This document shows positions 1 through 9,845 of a stretch of 64,000 nt of DNA, piece by piece. This DNA is from Camelus dromedarius (taxonomy: Eukaryota): contig NC_087462.1 in assembly GCF_036321535.1 (NCBI RefSeq), forward strand, positions 9,734,001 to 9,798,000, in the 5' to 3' direction. Numbering within the stretch: position 1 is the first letter of the stretch; each line of letters begins with the position of its first letter. A model generated the notes under the pieces. It made no database searches and was not told where the DNA came from. It saw only the letters and a list, made by a program, of their open reading frames with translations. The translations under genes were made by a program, and so were the position numbers.

Positions 1-40
1 TCACCTCTAACCCTGCCCATTCCTTTGCACCCCAACACAC

Positions 41-137
41 CTGTCAGCGCCCCGTTCTCAGCCCCCATCTGGGTCCCCTGTGCCTTGGCCTCGTCCATCT
101 CAGTCTTCAGTGTCATCAGTTGGGTCTGAAGCCGACT
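41..137 (-). CDS. CCDC194: CCDC194 exon 2 (97 nt; SRLQTQLMTLKTEMDEAKAQGTQMGAENGALT); gene continues off the left edge
   Basis: Minus strand ctgcag|AGT...ACAG|gtgtgt. Phase 0 start matches exon 1. Peptide matches recalled human CCDC194. Confidence 0.9.
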
Positions 138-1277
138 CTGCAGAGTGGAGAGGAAATGAGGCGGGTAGGGGGAATGGGAGAAGGAGTGAATTGGCCCCGC
201 CCTTTCTAGGGGAGACTGAGACGACACTAATGTTCCTTAAGCTTTATTTGCAATGTCCTTGAGCGTCCTGTAATTGTAAAACACGGAAGTGGTCTCTGAA
301 GTCTGGGGTACGAAGTGGTGACTGGTGCCTGACTGGAAGGAGATCTCTGCCCAGGTCCACCAATCCCCACTCCAGATCAACGGGGTGTAGAAAAGGTTTA
401 GCTCTGCCTACAGACACTGGTTCCAATCCTAGCTGTAGACTTGCCGATGGATTTTAAACGAACACAAGCCAATTTGGTGTTTAACAATGTTGGGTTTCTG
501 GGGTATCCTTAGTCACTTCTGTGAGACATTCTGCAAAGCAACTGGCCTGACTTCCTCAGAGAATCTTCAATAGAGGGGCAGAGCCAGAATTTGAACCCAG
601 GGCAGATTGCCTTTAACTTGGCTGCCCCAAGTCCTTCACTTAGGCAGGCAGGAGAGGCAAGTTTCAGTTTCTAAAATTCACACACTGCCCAGCCACTACT
701 GGGCGGGGTACGCAGAGGTATGCAGTAGTTACTCAATAAATGTGAATGGTTGGGACTTTGAGGATGGTTTTTCTGTGAGGCCCAGGGCTGGGAAGGGTTA
801 AGAAAGAGTCTGAAGGAGGTGGCAAGAGGAAAAGGGAGGACCTGGCTGGTACCTCCCCCAAGAGGCCAACTTTAGCCTCTTAATTACAGGTGACTTGAAT
901 GTCCCTATCTTGAAATAGGGCTGCTGGACACTGGCAGGGCTGGGGGAGTGGAGGGTTGGGGAGGAGTGTTGAGTGGGTGTCTGGGGGGAGGGTTAGCACA
1001 GGGCCTCCCCAGGTGGGCTCAGGGGTCTGGGGCTTCCCTAGCTACCGACCATTGACCTGGCAAATAGCAGAGAAGAGTGGAGGCTTCTTGGTCAGAAGGT
1101 AGACTCAAGGATGAACTGGCAATGTAGGAGTTGGAAGGAATTACCGTGCTATTCTCATTTGCCTCCCTCAGTTGAAGAACTGAGGAAACCAAGGCCCAGG
1201 GGAGGGACCCTGGGGATGTATGTAAGCCCTTTTCCCCCAAAGCCTGAATTTCCCAGCACCCCACCCTACCCACGTAC

Positions 1278-1601
1278 CTGGCGGCCCTCACAGGCCCTTA
1301 GGGCCTCCTCCAGCTGCCCACGGACACTCTCGGCCTGGTTCAGCTGCCTGGTCAGGGCCTCCTCGCGCTGGGCCGCCTCTGCCAGCCGCCGCCGCAGCTC
1401 CTCGACTTCGGGCGCCGGGTCCCCAGGCGGCGCCGTGGTGTTAGTCCCTGGTTCTGGGCAGAGAGGCTTCCGGGAGGCCGAGGCGGCCAGATTCCAGGCC
1501 AGTAGGGCTGCTCCGGCGGCCACCGCTGCCAGAAATACAGCAGCCCCGCAGAGGGCGAACACCCGCCATGCGCGTCCCGGCTCCGGCCCCTGCTCGGCCA
1601 T
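1278..1601 (-). CDS. CCDC194: CCDC194 exon 1 (108 codons; N-terminal TM segment plus coiled coil)
   Basis: ATG at 1601 (MAEQGPEPGRAWRVFALCGAAVFLAAVAAGAALLAWNL...ACEGRQ), donor CAG|gtacgt, CpG-rich. Syntenic position next to BST2. Confidence 0.92.
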
Positions 1602-3444
1602 GCCGCCGTCCACAGCTCTAACCCCAGACGGCCACGAGCATTTAATTGGCACCTTGGGGAGCCAGGGACACCCACGGTTCCGCCCCGCCCGGCGGTGGCT
1701 TCTAGTTTGTTGGGAGGGGCTGGACCTGCGCCAGGGGCAAGTCCAGGCTACTCGAGCCCAGGACGGGACTTGGGGGTCCTGGGTTCCAGTCTCGCTTCTG
1801 CATCCCATGTGCTGTCCTCTGAGACTCAGTTTCCCTCTCTGTGAAGTTAAGACAACAGCAGCTCCTGCCCTACTGGGTTTATTGGGAATCACATGAGCAC
1901 ATCTGCACATAGCACTCACTTCCACAGGAGGATGCTCTGCGAAGGTCTAGGTGTATATTGTCCCCACTCTGTTCATGAAGAAACCGAGGCTACATGAGCA
2001 ACTGAAGTTAGCCTGGCTCCAGCTGCCACACTTTTTGTGACCTGCTGTGAGGGCCAGAGGGTAGATGCAAGGATGGACAGTCCCCATCTCCCTGACTGTT
2101 CTCCACTAGGCCACCAGGGGGCAAACTTACAACATGAATCTAGGCCAACTTATCCCCTTCCCCTAGCTTCCCTCCCCTGTGGCAAATCAAATCCTCCTCT
2201 TCCCCTTGGGCCCTCATCCCCCTTCTCCTCCTGGCCCTCCTCCATTGCCATCTCCCTTCCTCCTCCTCTTCGCTCACCCTACTTTCCCCCTTGTCTCCCC
2301 ACCATCTTCCCATTTTCCCTCTACCCTTCCCCATATCTTAATCCTTCCCCCTTCTCTTCCTCCTTCCCCTGCAAGGCCCCTAGCAAGTATTTGATGTCAT
2401 TTCCTCCTGCCGACTCCCTCCAGCCTTCAACAGTCTTCAGGCAAGTGCATTCCTACCCCAGGGCCTTTGCATTGGTTGTTCCCTCTGCCTGAGGGCCCTA
2501 TCCTCTCTCTTTGCCCAGCTAACTCTTCCTTACCAGCTCTCCCCTGTCTACCAGAGTACCTCCTCCTCCAGAACCCTCCCCCTTCCCCATTAAGTCAGGC
2601 TGCTTTGGATCAGTTTCCTCAGCTCTGCTGTAGTTTTATGTCTTATGTGTTTGGTTCCTGGCTGCCTCCCCCATCAGACTGGGTGAGCCCCTAAAAGGCA
2701 AAGCCCGCAAAGCCTCCTTCCCTCTGCCATGGCATGGACCTGGAGCACAGCAGTTATGTAATAAATGTGAACTAGAATCTGTGTCCCTCCCTGCCTCCCA
2801 CGTCACATAAAGAAACTGCCCAGAGAGGCCAAGTCTCAGGCCAGGGACACACAGCAGCTGCTGGTCCCTGCCAGATTCCCATTGGAGCTGGACCACCCCC
2901 TACCCCCCAGACCTGTAGCACCCCTTAGTCCTGACTTCTCAACCCCTGGCTGGGTCACAGCCAGCCAGGGAAGAGGGGCACTTTTTGGAAAGAGAGAAGT
3001 TTATACCCCGGCCCTTGTGTGGGGGTTTGGAGGGAGAAACTGAGCAGGTTGAACCCATGATCTTTGGCAAACCTGTCTCCCTCCATCAGCGAGACACAGC
3101 TCAGATGTGGTGGGGCAGTGCTGTTTGGGGACATTCCAGTAGCCCAAGTTGGGAGTTGGGGTGGAGGATGTTGGGTGTGGGTGGGAATGGACTGAGGTCA
3201 TGTGAGAATGGCTTGCTTACTGGCAATTGAGAGAACCTGCTGGAAGCAGAGGATTCCATAGTCTGAGCAGCTGAGAAACCCTGAACAAGTCCAATCACTT
3301 CTCTGGACCTCAGTTTCCTCATTTGTTAGGTGGGGCTATTGAAGGGAATGTGAAGTGACTCAGTCATTGTAAAGGGATTCTGTGAGGGCTCCGACAGAAG
3401 TGAGGGGGACCCAAGACTTGCCCTCTATAGCTGACGTTTTCACT

Positions 3445-3667
3445 GGAATTGATTCTGCTCCCACCTCCCCAGGGAAAAGGAGAACTTGATAATGTCTGGA
3501 GGCATTTTTTGTTGTTGTTGCCACATCCTGGGGGTAAGGTGTTACGGGCATCTAGAGGGTGGGGGCCAGGGATGCTGCTAACATCCTACAGTGCACAGGA
3601 CGGCCCCCCAACGCAGAGAACGATCCGACCCCAAATGTCAAGGATGCTGAGGCTGAGAAACCTTGCC
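3445..3667 (+). mobile_element. MER20-like hAT DNA transposon remnant
   Basis: aatgtctggaggcatttttgttgtt...ggcatctagagggtgggggccagggatgctgctaacatcctacagtgcacaggac...gagaaacc matches the MER20 consensus pattern. Confidence 0.75.
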
Positions 3668-4391
3668 CTCGAACTTCAGAGTGAAGAGTGGGTGTCCCTA
3701 GCAGCAGGAGCTGCTCACTAGTCAAGGCTGTGGGGCAGGAAGGAACTTGACAAAGTTCCAGAGAAATGATTGGGGCAGGGGGAGGGGGGTTGGAGCAAGG
3801 GGAAGTTAGGGGACAAGGGGGTCAGAGGGCCTGTGGCAGGGATGGTGTTTGGGGGTCCCTAGGAGGACAGCAGAAGCCATAGAGGGGGAATCTACCAACC
3901 ATCTGAGTGGGGACCAGGGGACCTGAGGGCAGTGCAGAATTCTGGGAATTCTGGGTAGATGCAAGCATCCACCCCCAGTGCCACATACAGGAAGCTGCCT
4001 GGACAATAGTTGGGATTCCAGGAGAACTTAGAGGAAGGAAGAGGAGGGAACTGTGGGGCATGGGAGGATGCAAGAAAGTGGGTTAAAGGGTCTGTCAGAC
4101 CGTAGCCCTCAATTCTGAGAAGCAGAGAGGCTCTCTGGAGGAGGGGCTCCCAGAGCTTGGTACTGCAGGATGAATAAGGGTTTGGGGGATGTAGAAGAGG
4201 GGGGCATTGTGACACAGGCATGGTCTGTATGTGTCTGCAGATCCAGATTTGAATCCGAGCCCTGCACTTTCTGTGGGAAGGGATTGGGAACCAGGACAAA
4301 GTGTCTCTTTCACAGCCTCAGTTTCCTCCTGGAACCACTGTTATTAGGAGAAGATCCGGTGAGGAGATGGGAGTAGACCACTCTGCAGGCA

Positions 4392-4987
4392 TGTTGCTGA
4401 AAGATCAGCTCCGTCCCTGACGAGCCAAATAACTCAGAGACCAGGTCTTAGGGTTTAGAAGAAAAGAGGTATTTTTATTGCTTTGCCAGGCAAAGGGGCC
4501 TCACAGCAGGCTAGTGCCTTCAAAACTGTGAGCCCGTTTTAGGGCTGGGGCTTAGTGATTATACAGTGAACAAATTGGGGTGTAAAAGGGGACATTAATT
4601 AACAAAAGTCTCTGTTAAATCTTCCTCCTGGAAGCAGAGGATTCCATAGTCTGAATCTTGGTGTGTCTGCCCATGACCTTCTTTATCTGATCAGATTCAT
4701 CAGGCACCAGGAGGAACTTCTAGGGGTCTGGTCATTTTCCTAGGATTATTGTCCCATGACTCCCTTCCTGGGGGAATGACTCAAATTCCAAACATGATTG
4801 TAAACTTCAATTGCCAGAGTAAGGTAAAATAAACAAGGAGGTTAATAACTCTAACTCTAACTCTAACAATGGGCCTGGGGCTGGGGCCAGTGTCCGGTCA
4901 ATCAGATTTGCTGACCATTTTAAATCAAACGGCAAGTATAGGGCCAGGAATTAGCCTAAGTGTGGCCATTTTGTTATTTCTCCTTCA
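4392..4987 (-). mobile_element. Solo ERV1-class LTR, 596 bp, same orientation as BST2
   Basis: TG...CA termini, 4-bp target-site duplication GGCA (4388-4391 and 4988-4991), minus-strand AATAAA at 4479-4474. Confidence 0.85.
4474..4479 (-). terminator. LTR-borne AATAAA, first canonical poly(A) signal downstream of the BST2 stop
   Basis: tttatt on plus. No tttatt or tttaat was seen between 4480 and the stop codon at 5731. Confidence 0.5.
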
Positions 4988-5169
4988 GGCAGGGAGCACT
5001 GACCTGGGTGTAGAGTCCTTTAAGATAATCCCAGCAGAGGAAAGGGTTGGGGAGGCCCTGGAGTGGTGCTGGCTGGAACCCCAGGGATTCCTGGGGACAT
5101 TCTAGAACAGGGAAGGCTGGGTGTAGATGTCAATAGGTGTCCACCCTTGCCCACAGGGCAGGTCCTAGA

Positions 5170-5474
5170 TGCTTGGGGTGGCACAATAATACTCCAAAAA
5201 CTTTAGAGTAAGGTTTTTTCCCCCCTCAATGGGGCCCAAAGACCCCAGAAGGAAGTGACCTTCTAGAAACCGTAACAGCAAGAAGCACTCTGCATGCCCT
5301 CCCCAGCTCTAGGGCAGCCTTGGGCCCACTCCACTACTTCTCCATTCCCAAGGCATCCCTCGGGAGCTGCCCCATGGACCCCCTGCTGCCACCCCATTCC
5401 CCACCCCCCCAACCATGTTGCCATGTGGTCCCCTGAGAAAGCTGAGTGGGAACCGGACCAGTCCAGGTTGTGGC
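5170..5474 (-). other. BST2: BST2 exon 5 (3'UTR only); left boundary approximate
   Basis: Acceptor tttgatgtcttttag| at 5475-5476 and donor ccg|gtaagg after 5712. Sequence resembles the recalled human BST2 3'UTR (ttctggggtctttg...). Confidence 0.7.
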
Positions 5475-5730
5475 CTAAAAGACATCAAAATAGGGACTCA
5501 GAGGTGGACAGAACAGGGGCTCCGCCCCCTCTGAAGCCCCGCCCGGCTCCAGGGCCCCTTCCCTCCTCAGGGAGCTCTCTGTCCCGCTCCAAGATCCTTC
5601 TCCTCTGTGCCCAGCCCTCTACCTCCGCAGACAGGTCACCTCCCCAGGCCCTGACCCATCCCTGACTCCCGGCCCTTCTCAGCTTCTCCCCCTGGCTACT
5701 CCCCTCCTTACCGGCCGGCTTCCTGGGACC

Positions 5731-5842
5731 TCAGCCCTGCCAAGACTCGAGGCATAGGATCAACATGTTCAGAGTGATCAGGAAGCCCAGGATGCTCCAG
5801 CAGCTGGAAGAGCTGTTAGCTGCTGAGGCCTCACTTCTTTTT
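5731..5842 (-). CDS. BST2: BST2 exon 4 CDS (RKRSEASAANSSSSCWSILGFLITLNMLILCLESWQG*)
   Basis: Acceptor ctccag|A, phase 2. Stop TGA at 5733-5731 is followed by ggtcccaggaagc, as after the human stop. Confidence 0.85.
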
Positions 5843-6113
5843 CTGGAGTAGAGAAAGGGACAACTCTGGCAGCTGCTGGATGGCTCCAGCAGCTCTAGGC
5901 TTCTCCCCTAAGAATCTCCACTCCTCCACCCACCACCAAGTCACTGGGGGGGAGAGTGGGCACTGGCCAACCCATGGCTGTGTGACACAAGGGACAAGGC
6001 TGGGGCTTTTAAACTTTGCTCCCTGAGCAACGATGAGTTTCTCCGATCCAAAGGGGTCCAGAGTCTTGGGGGTGGGGTGAAAGGGGCGTGGCCTGAGGGG
6101 CGTCATCTCGGAC

Positions 6114-6171
6114 CTTTGTCGCTCTGCCTCCTCCAAAGTGTTCAGCTTCTGTTTCAATGTCAGGACCTCAT
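6114..6171 (-). CDS. BST2: BST2 exon 3 (58 nt; DEVLTLKQKLNTLEEAERQR)
   Basis: ccaccag|AT...CAAAG|gtccga. Phases 1 to 2, as in human. Coiled-coil heptads. Confidence 0.88.
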
Positions 6172-6440
6172 CTGGTGGAGAGAGGCGGGGAGACAGAATC
6201 AGGGGCCCTGTCAACACGGTGGCCACACCCCTTGCCTGACCCCACCCCCTCCAACCCTGCCCTCCTCCAGCCCCAGCTTGGAAAGCTGGCCCACTCCCTT
6301 CCCCACCCCTCCAACTGGATTCTGGCCCGGGACCTCTCTCCTGACCCCAACCCTGGGACCTTCCCTCCCCAGTCCTTTTCAATACCTGGCCCACCCCTCT
6401 GAGCCCCCTCCGTGGGACCCTGGACTTGTGCTTTGCTCAC

Positions 6441-6516
6441 CCTGAAGCTCCTCTGCACGTGCCAGCTGCTCCCGACCCAGAGCCTTCTCCTTCTCCAGGG
6501 AATCCCTCAGGGTCTC
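6441..6516 (-). CDS. BST2: BST2 exon 2 (76 nt; ETLRDSLEKEKALGREQLARAEELQ)
   Basis: catcccag|GAG...CAGG|gtgagc. Phases 0 to 1. Confidence 0.9.
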
Positions 6517-7296
6517 CTGGGATGGGGGGGGGTAAGGAACCGGGCTTCTGTCCCTGGGTCCTGGATCCCTCCCTAGGTCCTGGGGTCAGAGGAGCTCAGG
6601 TCCAACACCTTCTTCAGTTTCCTCTCCAACCCTCCCTGCACCTCAATCTCCCACCTTGAAGAATGGCCACAAATTCCCATCTTCCCAGGGCCACCCATAA
6701 GACTGTGATCCTCAAAATGGGAGTTTTGAGGCCCCCCACAAGAGACTTTGGAGGCTCCCCATGCCTAAACTCTAGGAGAAATTTCCAGATCCCCTGGGCT
6801 ATTGCCCAGGGAGCTTGAGAGGTTCTCCCCAAACCAGAACCCAGGGGGACTTTGGAGCCAAAGTTACATGTCCAATGGGAGTGTCAAGGTCCCCTGTACC
6901 AGGACGCAAGTGAAGGTTTCAAAATCTGTCTAGACGCAGTGGAAGTATCAAGAGCCCTTTCTTTCTCTGGGACCTGGTGAAGTCCCCATCCCAATCCCTT
7001 GAGGGGGCTTCCTCTCCCCAACACTGGGGCCTGAGGGCAGTTTCTAGCTCCCCCAAATCAGTGCCCTGGAAATTGGAGAGTCCCCCCACATCCTAGCAGG
7101 GTTGCTGAAATCCCCGATTGGGGTGCTCTGGAGACTTTTAAGGCCCCCTGACACCAGCACCCTGAAGAATTTAGAGGTTCCCAAACTGTGGTGTGGATAT
7201 CCAGGGGCAGTTTCAAAGTCTATCTTGATGGATCTCCACGTAGGCCCTGTGAGAGCGCCCCGAGCACAGGGCGCTCTAGTGGGTGCAGTGGCTTAC

Positions 7297-7605
7297 CACA
7301 GATTGGATGCAGATGGTGGCCTGGGCTTTGGTCTCCTGTAAGACTTCCTCGGTCTGGGTTAGCTGCCGCTGCAGGAGGTTGGTGGAGTTCTGACACTCCT
7401 GCTCTGCTTGGAGGCCATCCTTGCAGCTCTTGCTGTTGGCCCTGATAGTGAAGATGATCAGGGGCACAAGCAGAGCCACCACCACCAACACCATCAGAAA
7501 CAGCAGAAACCACAGCCATCCCGGCAGCTTGCGGCCCCGCTGCATCAACTTCCTACAGCAGTCGAGCATGGGCATAGGGCTGTAGTGATAAAAAGTGGGT
7601 GCCAA
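7297..7605 (-). CDS. BST2: BST2/tetherin exon 1. Ancestral start position is TTG (7605); first ATG at 7575.
   Basis: (L)APTFYHYSPMPMLDCCRK...TM...RANSKSCKDGLQAEQECQNST...ATICIQSV. The three ectodomain Cys are conserved. Donor GTG|gtaagc. The spliced product is 184 aa from TTG or 174 aa from the first ATG. Confidence 0.93.
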
Positions 7606-7680
7606 CCAGATCTGCCGGTAGGGAGTTTGGATGGGAGTTAGAGAAGGGCGCTGGAACCTTCTGTGGACTGGGGCTGCCCC

Positions 7681-7861
7681 CTTATAAGCATAGGAGCTGT
7701 GCTGACCAATGATGAGTTCTGGGAGGGTCCTCTGACTTGGAGGTGTTGAACACGAAATCTGCAGGCAGAGGACAGCCCAGGCTTTAGGTTTCGGTTTCCT
7801 TTTCATTTTCCCAAGAAAAAAGGTGAGTTGTTTCTGCCAAATTATAGCCTTGGGGATTTCT
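7681..7861 (-). promoter_or_regulatory. BST2 promoter: TATA-like box, tandem ISRE/IRF-E, GAS-like site, NF-kB-like site
   Basis: TTATAAG at 7687-7681. GAAAATGAAAAGGAAACCGAAAC at 7810-7788. TTCCCAAGAA at 7808-7817. GGGGATTTCT at 7852-7861. BST2 is an established interferon-stimulated gene. Confidence 0.75.
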
Positions 7862-7950
7862 GGGCTGGATGCTGGCCAGTGAGATCCTTTGGAGGGGCAG
7901 CTAGGACTGCCTGCGACACCCCATCTCAAGTCCCTGCCCTTCTCTTAAAA

Positions 7951-8062
7951 GTTTCTTTCTTTGCGGGGGGAGGGGGTAATTAGGTTTATTTATTTATTTA
8001 TTTTAACGGAGATACTGGGGATTGAACCCAGGCTCTCTACCACTGAGCTATACACCCTCTCC
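7951..8062 (-). mobile_element. Camelid tRNA-derived SINE (Vic-1-like), internally deleted
   Basis: A box tatagctcagtggtagag, B box ggttcaatcccc, (TAAA)n tail then taattacc. Confidence 0.85.
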
Positions 8063-9244
8063 TATGTGTTTCTGAGAGTGACAACTGCAGTTACTGAGCG
8101 CCTAGTGTATGCCAGCTTTGTCTCCATCTGTCCCATGACCTGAAGAGGTGAAGGACATTTTTGTTCCAGTCCCCAGCTGAGGAAAATGAGGTTGAGAGGT
8201 GAGTGGTGGACAGGGGGCCAGGTCTGGATCTGACCAAAGAGGCTGGGTTTTGAGTTCACGGGTCTCCGTGGTGACCTAGACCTAGCAGGGGTTCACTTAG
8301 CATCCCTGACCAAGCAAAGGGGACCACAGAGAGCCATAGAGGGTGTCAGAGGCAGGATCATAGCCTGGCGGAAGGAGGGGGGCCATCTGGATGGACACCC
8401 CCACGCCCTGTGACCAAGACTGCAGTTGCCCCATTTGGCCACCAGAGGCCGCCCCAGCCAACGAACAAGGTCGCCCAGGTACTGGTCTGGCTCCAGCCAG
8501 AAACAGCCTCCTCCTCCCAGAATCTGCCCCTGCCACTCCAGGGTGTGATGTAAACCCTTTAAACCTCAGTTTCCTTATCTGTAAAATGGGACAATAACAG
8601 GAGCAGCCTCATTAGGAGGGCCAATGAGGAGTTCTGAGTAAAGTGCTTTGGCATCTAGCAGGCTCTCAATGGGTGTATGGCTGGTCCTGTGGCACAGGGC
8701 AGGAGAGGTGGATAATGTGAAAACAAGGCCACAGAGTGAGAAGCACATTTTGAGGAAAGACAATCAGGTCCATTTGGGACATGCTGACCCCACAGGGCTC
8801 GGGGGGGCTGTCTGGGGAGAGGCCCCTAAAAGGGGTTGGACCGTGGAGGGAGGTTTGAGGAAACTTAGGCCATACTGACCTTTCCTCCATGTGACCAAGG
8901 GAGCTGGAGCTTGCTGCTGGAAATCAGCCTGATTACAGTCTACCAGCTGCCGGCTGTGACCTCTGGAAGGCAGCTGTGTGCTTTTTCCGGTGGCTTCTTT
9001 TAGTCGCAGCCTGACCACAACCCAGATTCTCTTGGGTCAGCCATTTCTAGTGTTTGCAGTTAGCTGGGTCAGATGGTGGGCAGGGCCAAGGCCAGAAGCC
9101 CTGGCCTTGAAGCCCCACCCCCCCACCCCTTAAAGCCACTCAGCAGCCAAATGACATGGGATCAGAGACAATCTTGTGGAGGAGGCCCAGGGGGAGCTTG
9201 TGTGCCCCACTCCTGCCGAAGATTAAGTTCTTGTCTCCTTGCAG

Positions 9245-9845
9245 TGTTAGAGTAGGCAGATAGCTAGATAGGACCAGAAAAAGAAGGGGCCCGGGCCAAA
9301 TGGCAGGAAACCATACATCTTGTGAACAATGGGGGTCCTTGGGCAGAGAGAAAAAAGCAGGAACCTCCGACCTGATAAGAGATCACATATTTTGGGGTGA
9401 CAAGTGTCCTAGAGGCAGGCAAATAAAGCTGGGAAAAAGCAGGAATCTCCTGTGTCTGAATGTAACCATTTGCTCATTATGCCTCATTACAATAATATTA
9501 GCCTTGCAGATTAGAAGTATCTGTCATGCACCGACACCATGACACTTCCGATCCATACTAAGGACAGAAATCCTTCCTCCCCTGGGGAAGGTGGAGCTCG
9601 GATGGAAATCAGGGAATACGATCCCAAACCCTTCCCTCCCCAATGAATATTCCGCCCATTCATTTTTACACTCTGTAACCAACTTGCCAAAGAAGCTCAG
9701 TGCAGCTGCTCACCCGAGCCTGCCCGCTCTTCCCTTGAGAGTGTACTATCCATCCCTTAATAAATCCTCACTTTGCTTTCTTAACCTCCGCATGTCGTCT
9801 CCGAATTCTTCCAGGGATGAGACAAGAACTTAATTGTCAGCAACA
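9245..9845 (+). mobile_element. Solo ERV LTR about 1.6 kb upstream of BST2
   Basis: Starts tgttagagtagg, has ttaataaa and a U5-like gagacaagaac, ends ...gtca/gcaaca. The TSD is ambiguous. Confidence 0.75.

Noticed and set aside
1111-1896. 261-aa plus-strand ORF, and similar long ORFs at 60397-61228 and 45839-46300
   Set aside because: These are antisense or alternative-frame shadows of GC-rich coding exons and CpG islands, with low-complexity products.
7606-7929. Open frame upstream of BST2, with an in-frame ATG at 7806 that would add 67 aa
   Set aside because: That ATG lies inside the ISRE and 5' of the TATA-like box, so it is not expected in the mRNA. Gene predictors may wrongly use it.
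8062-8259. Minus-strand ORF ending VVTLRNT, faintly like BST2 exon 2 (possible paralogue)
   Set aside because: Only a few residues match and no other BST2-like exons are nearby. No second BST2 copy was seen in this window.
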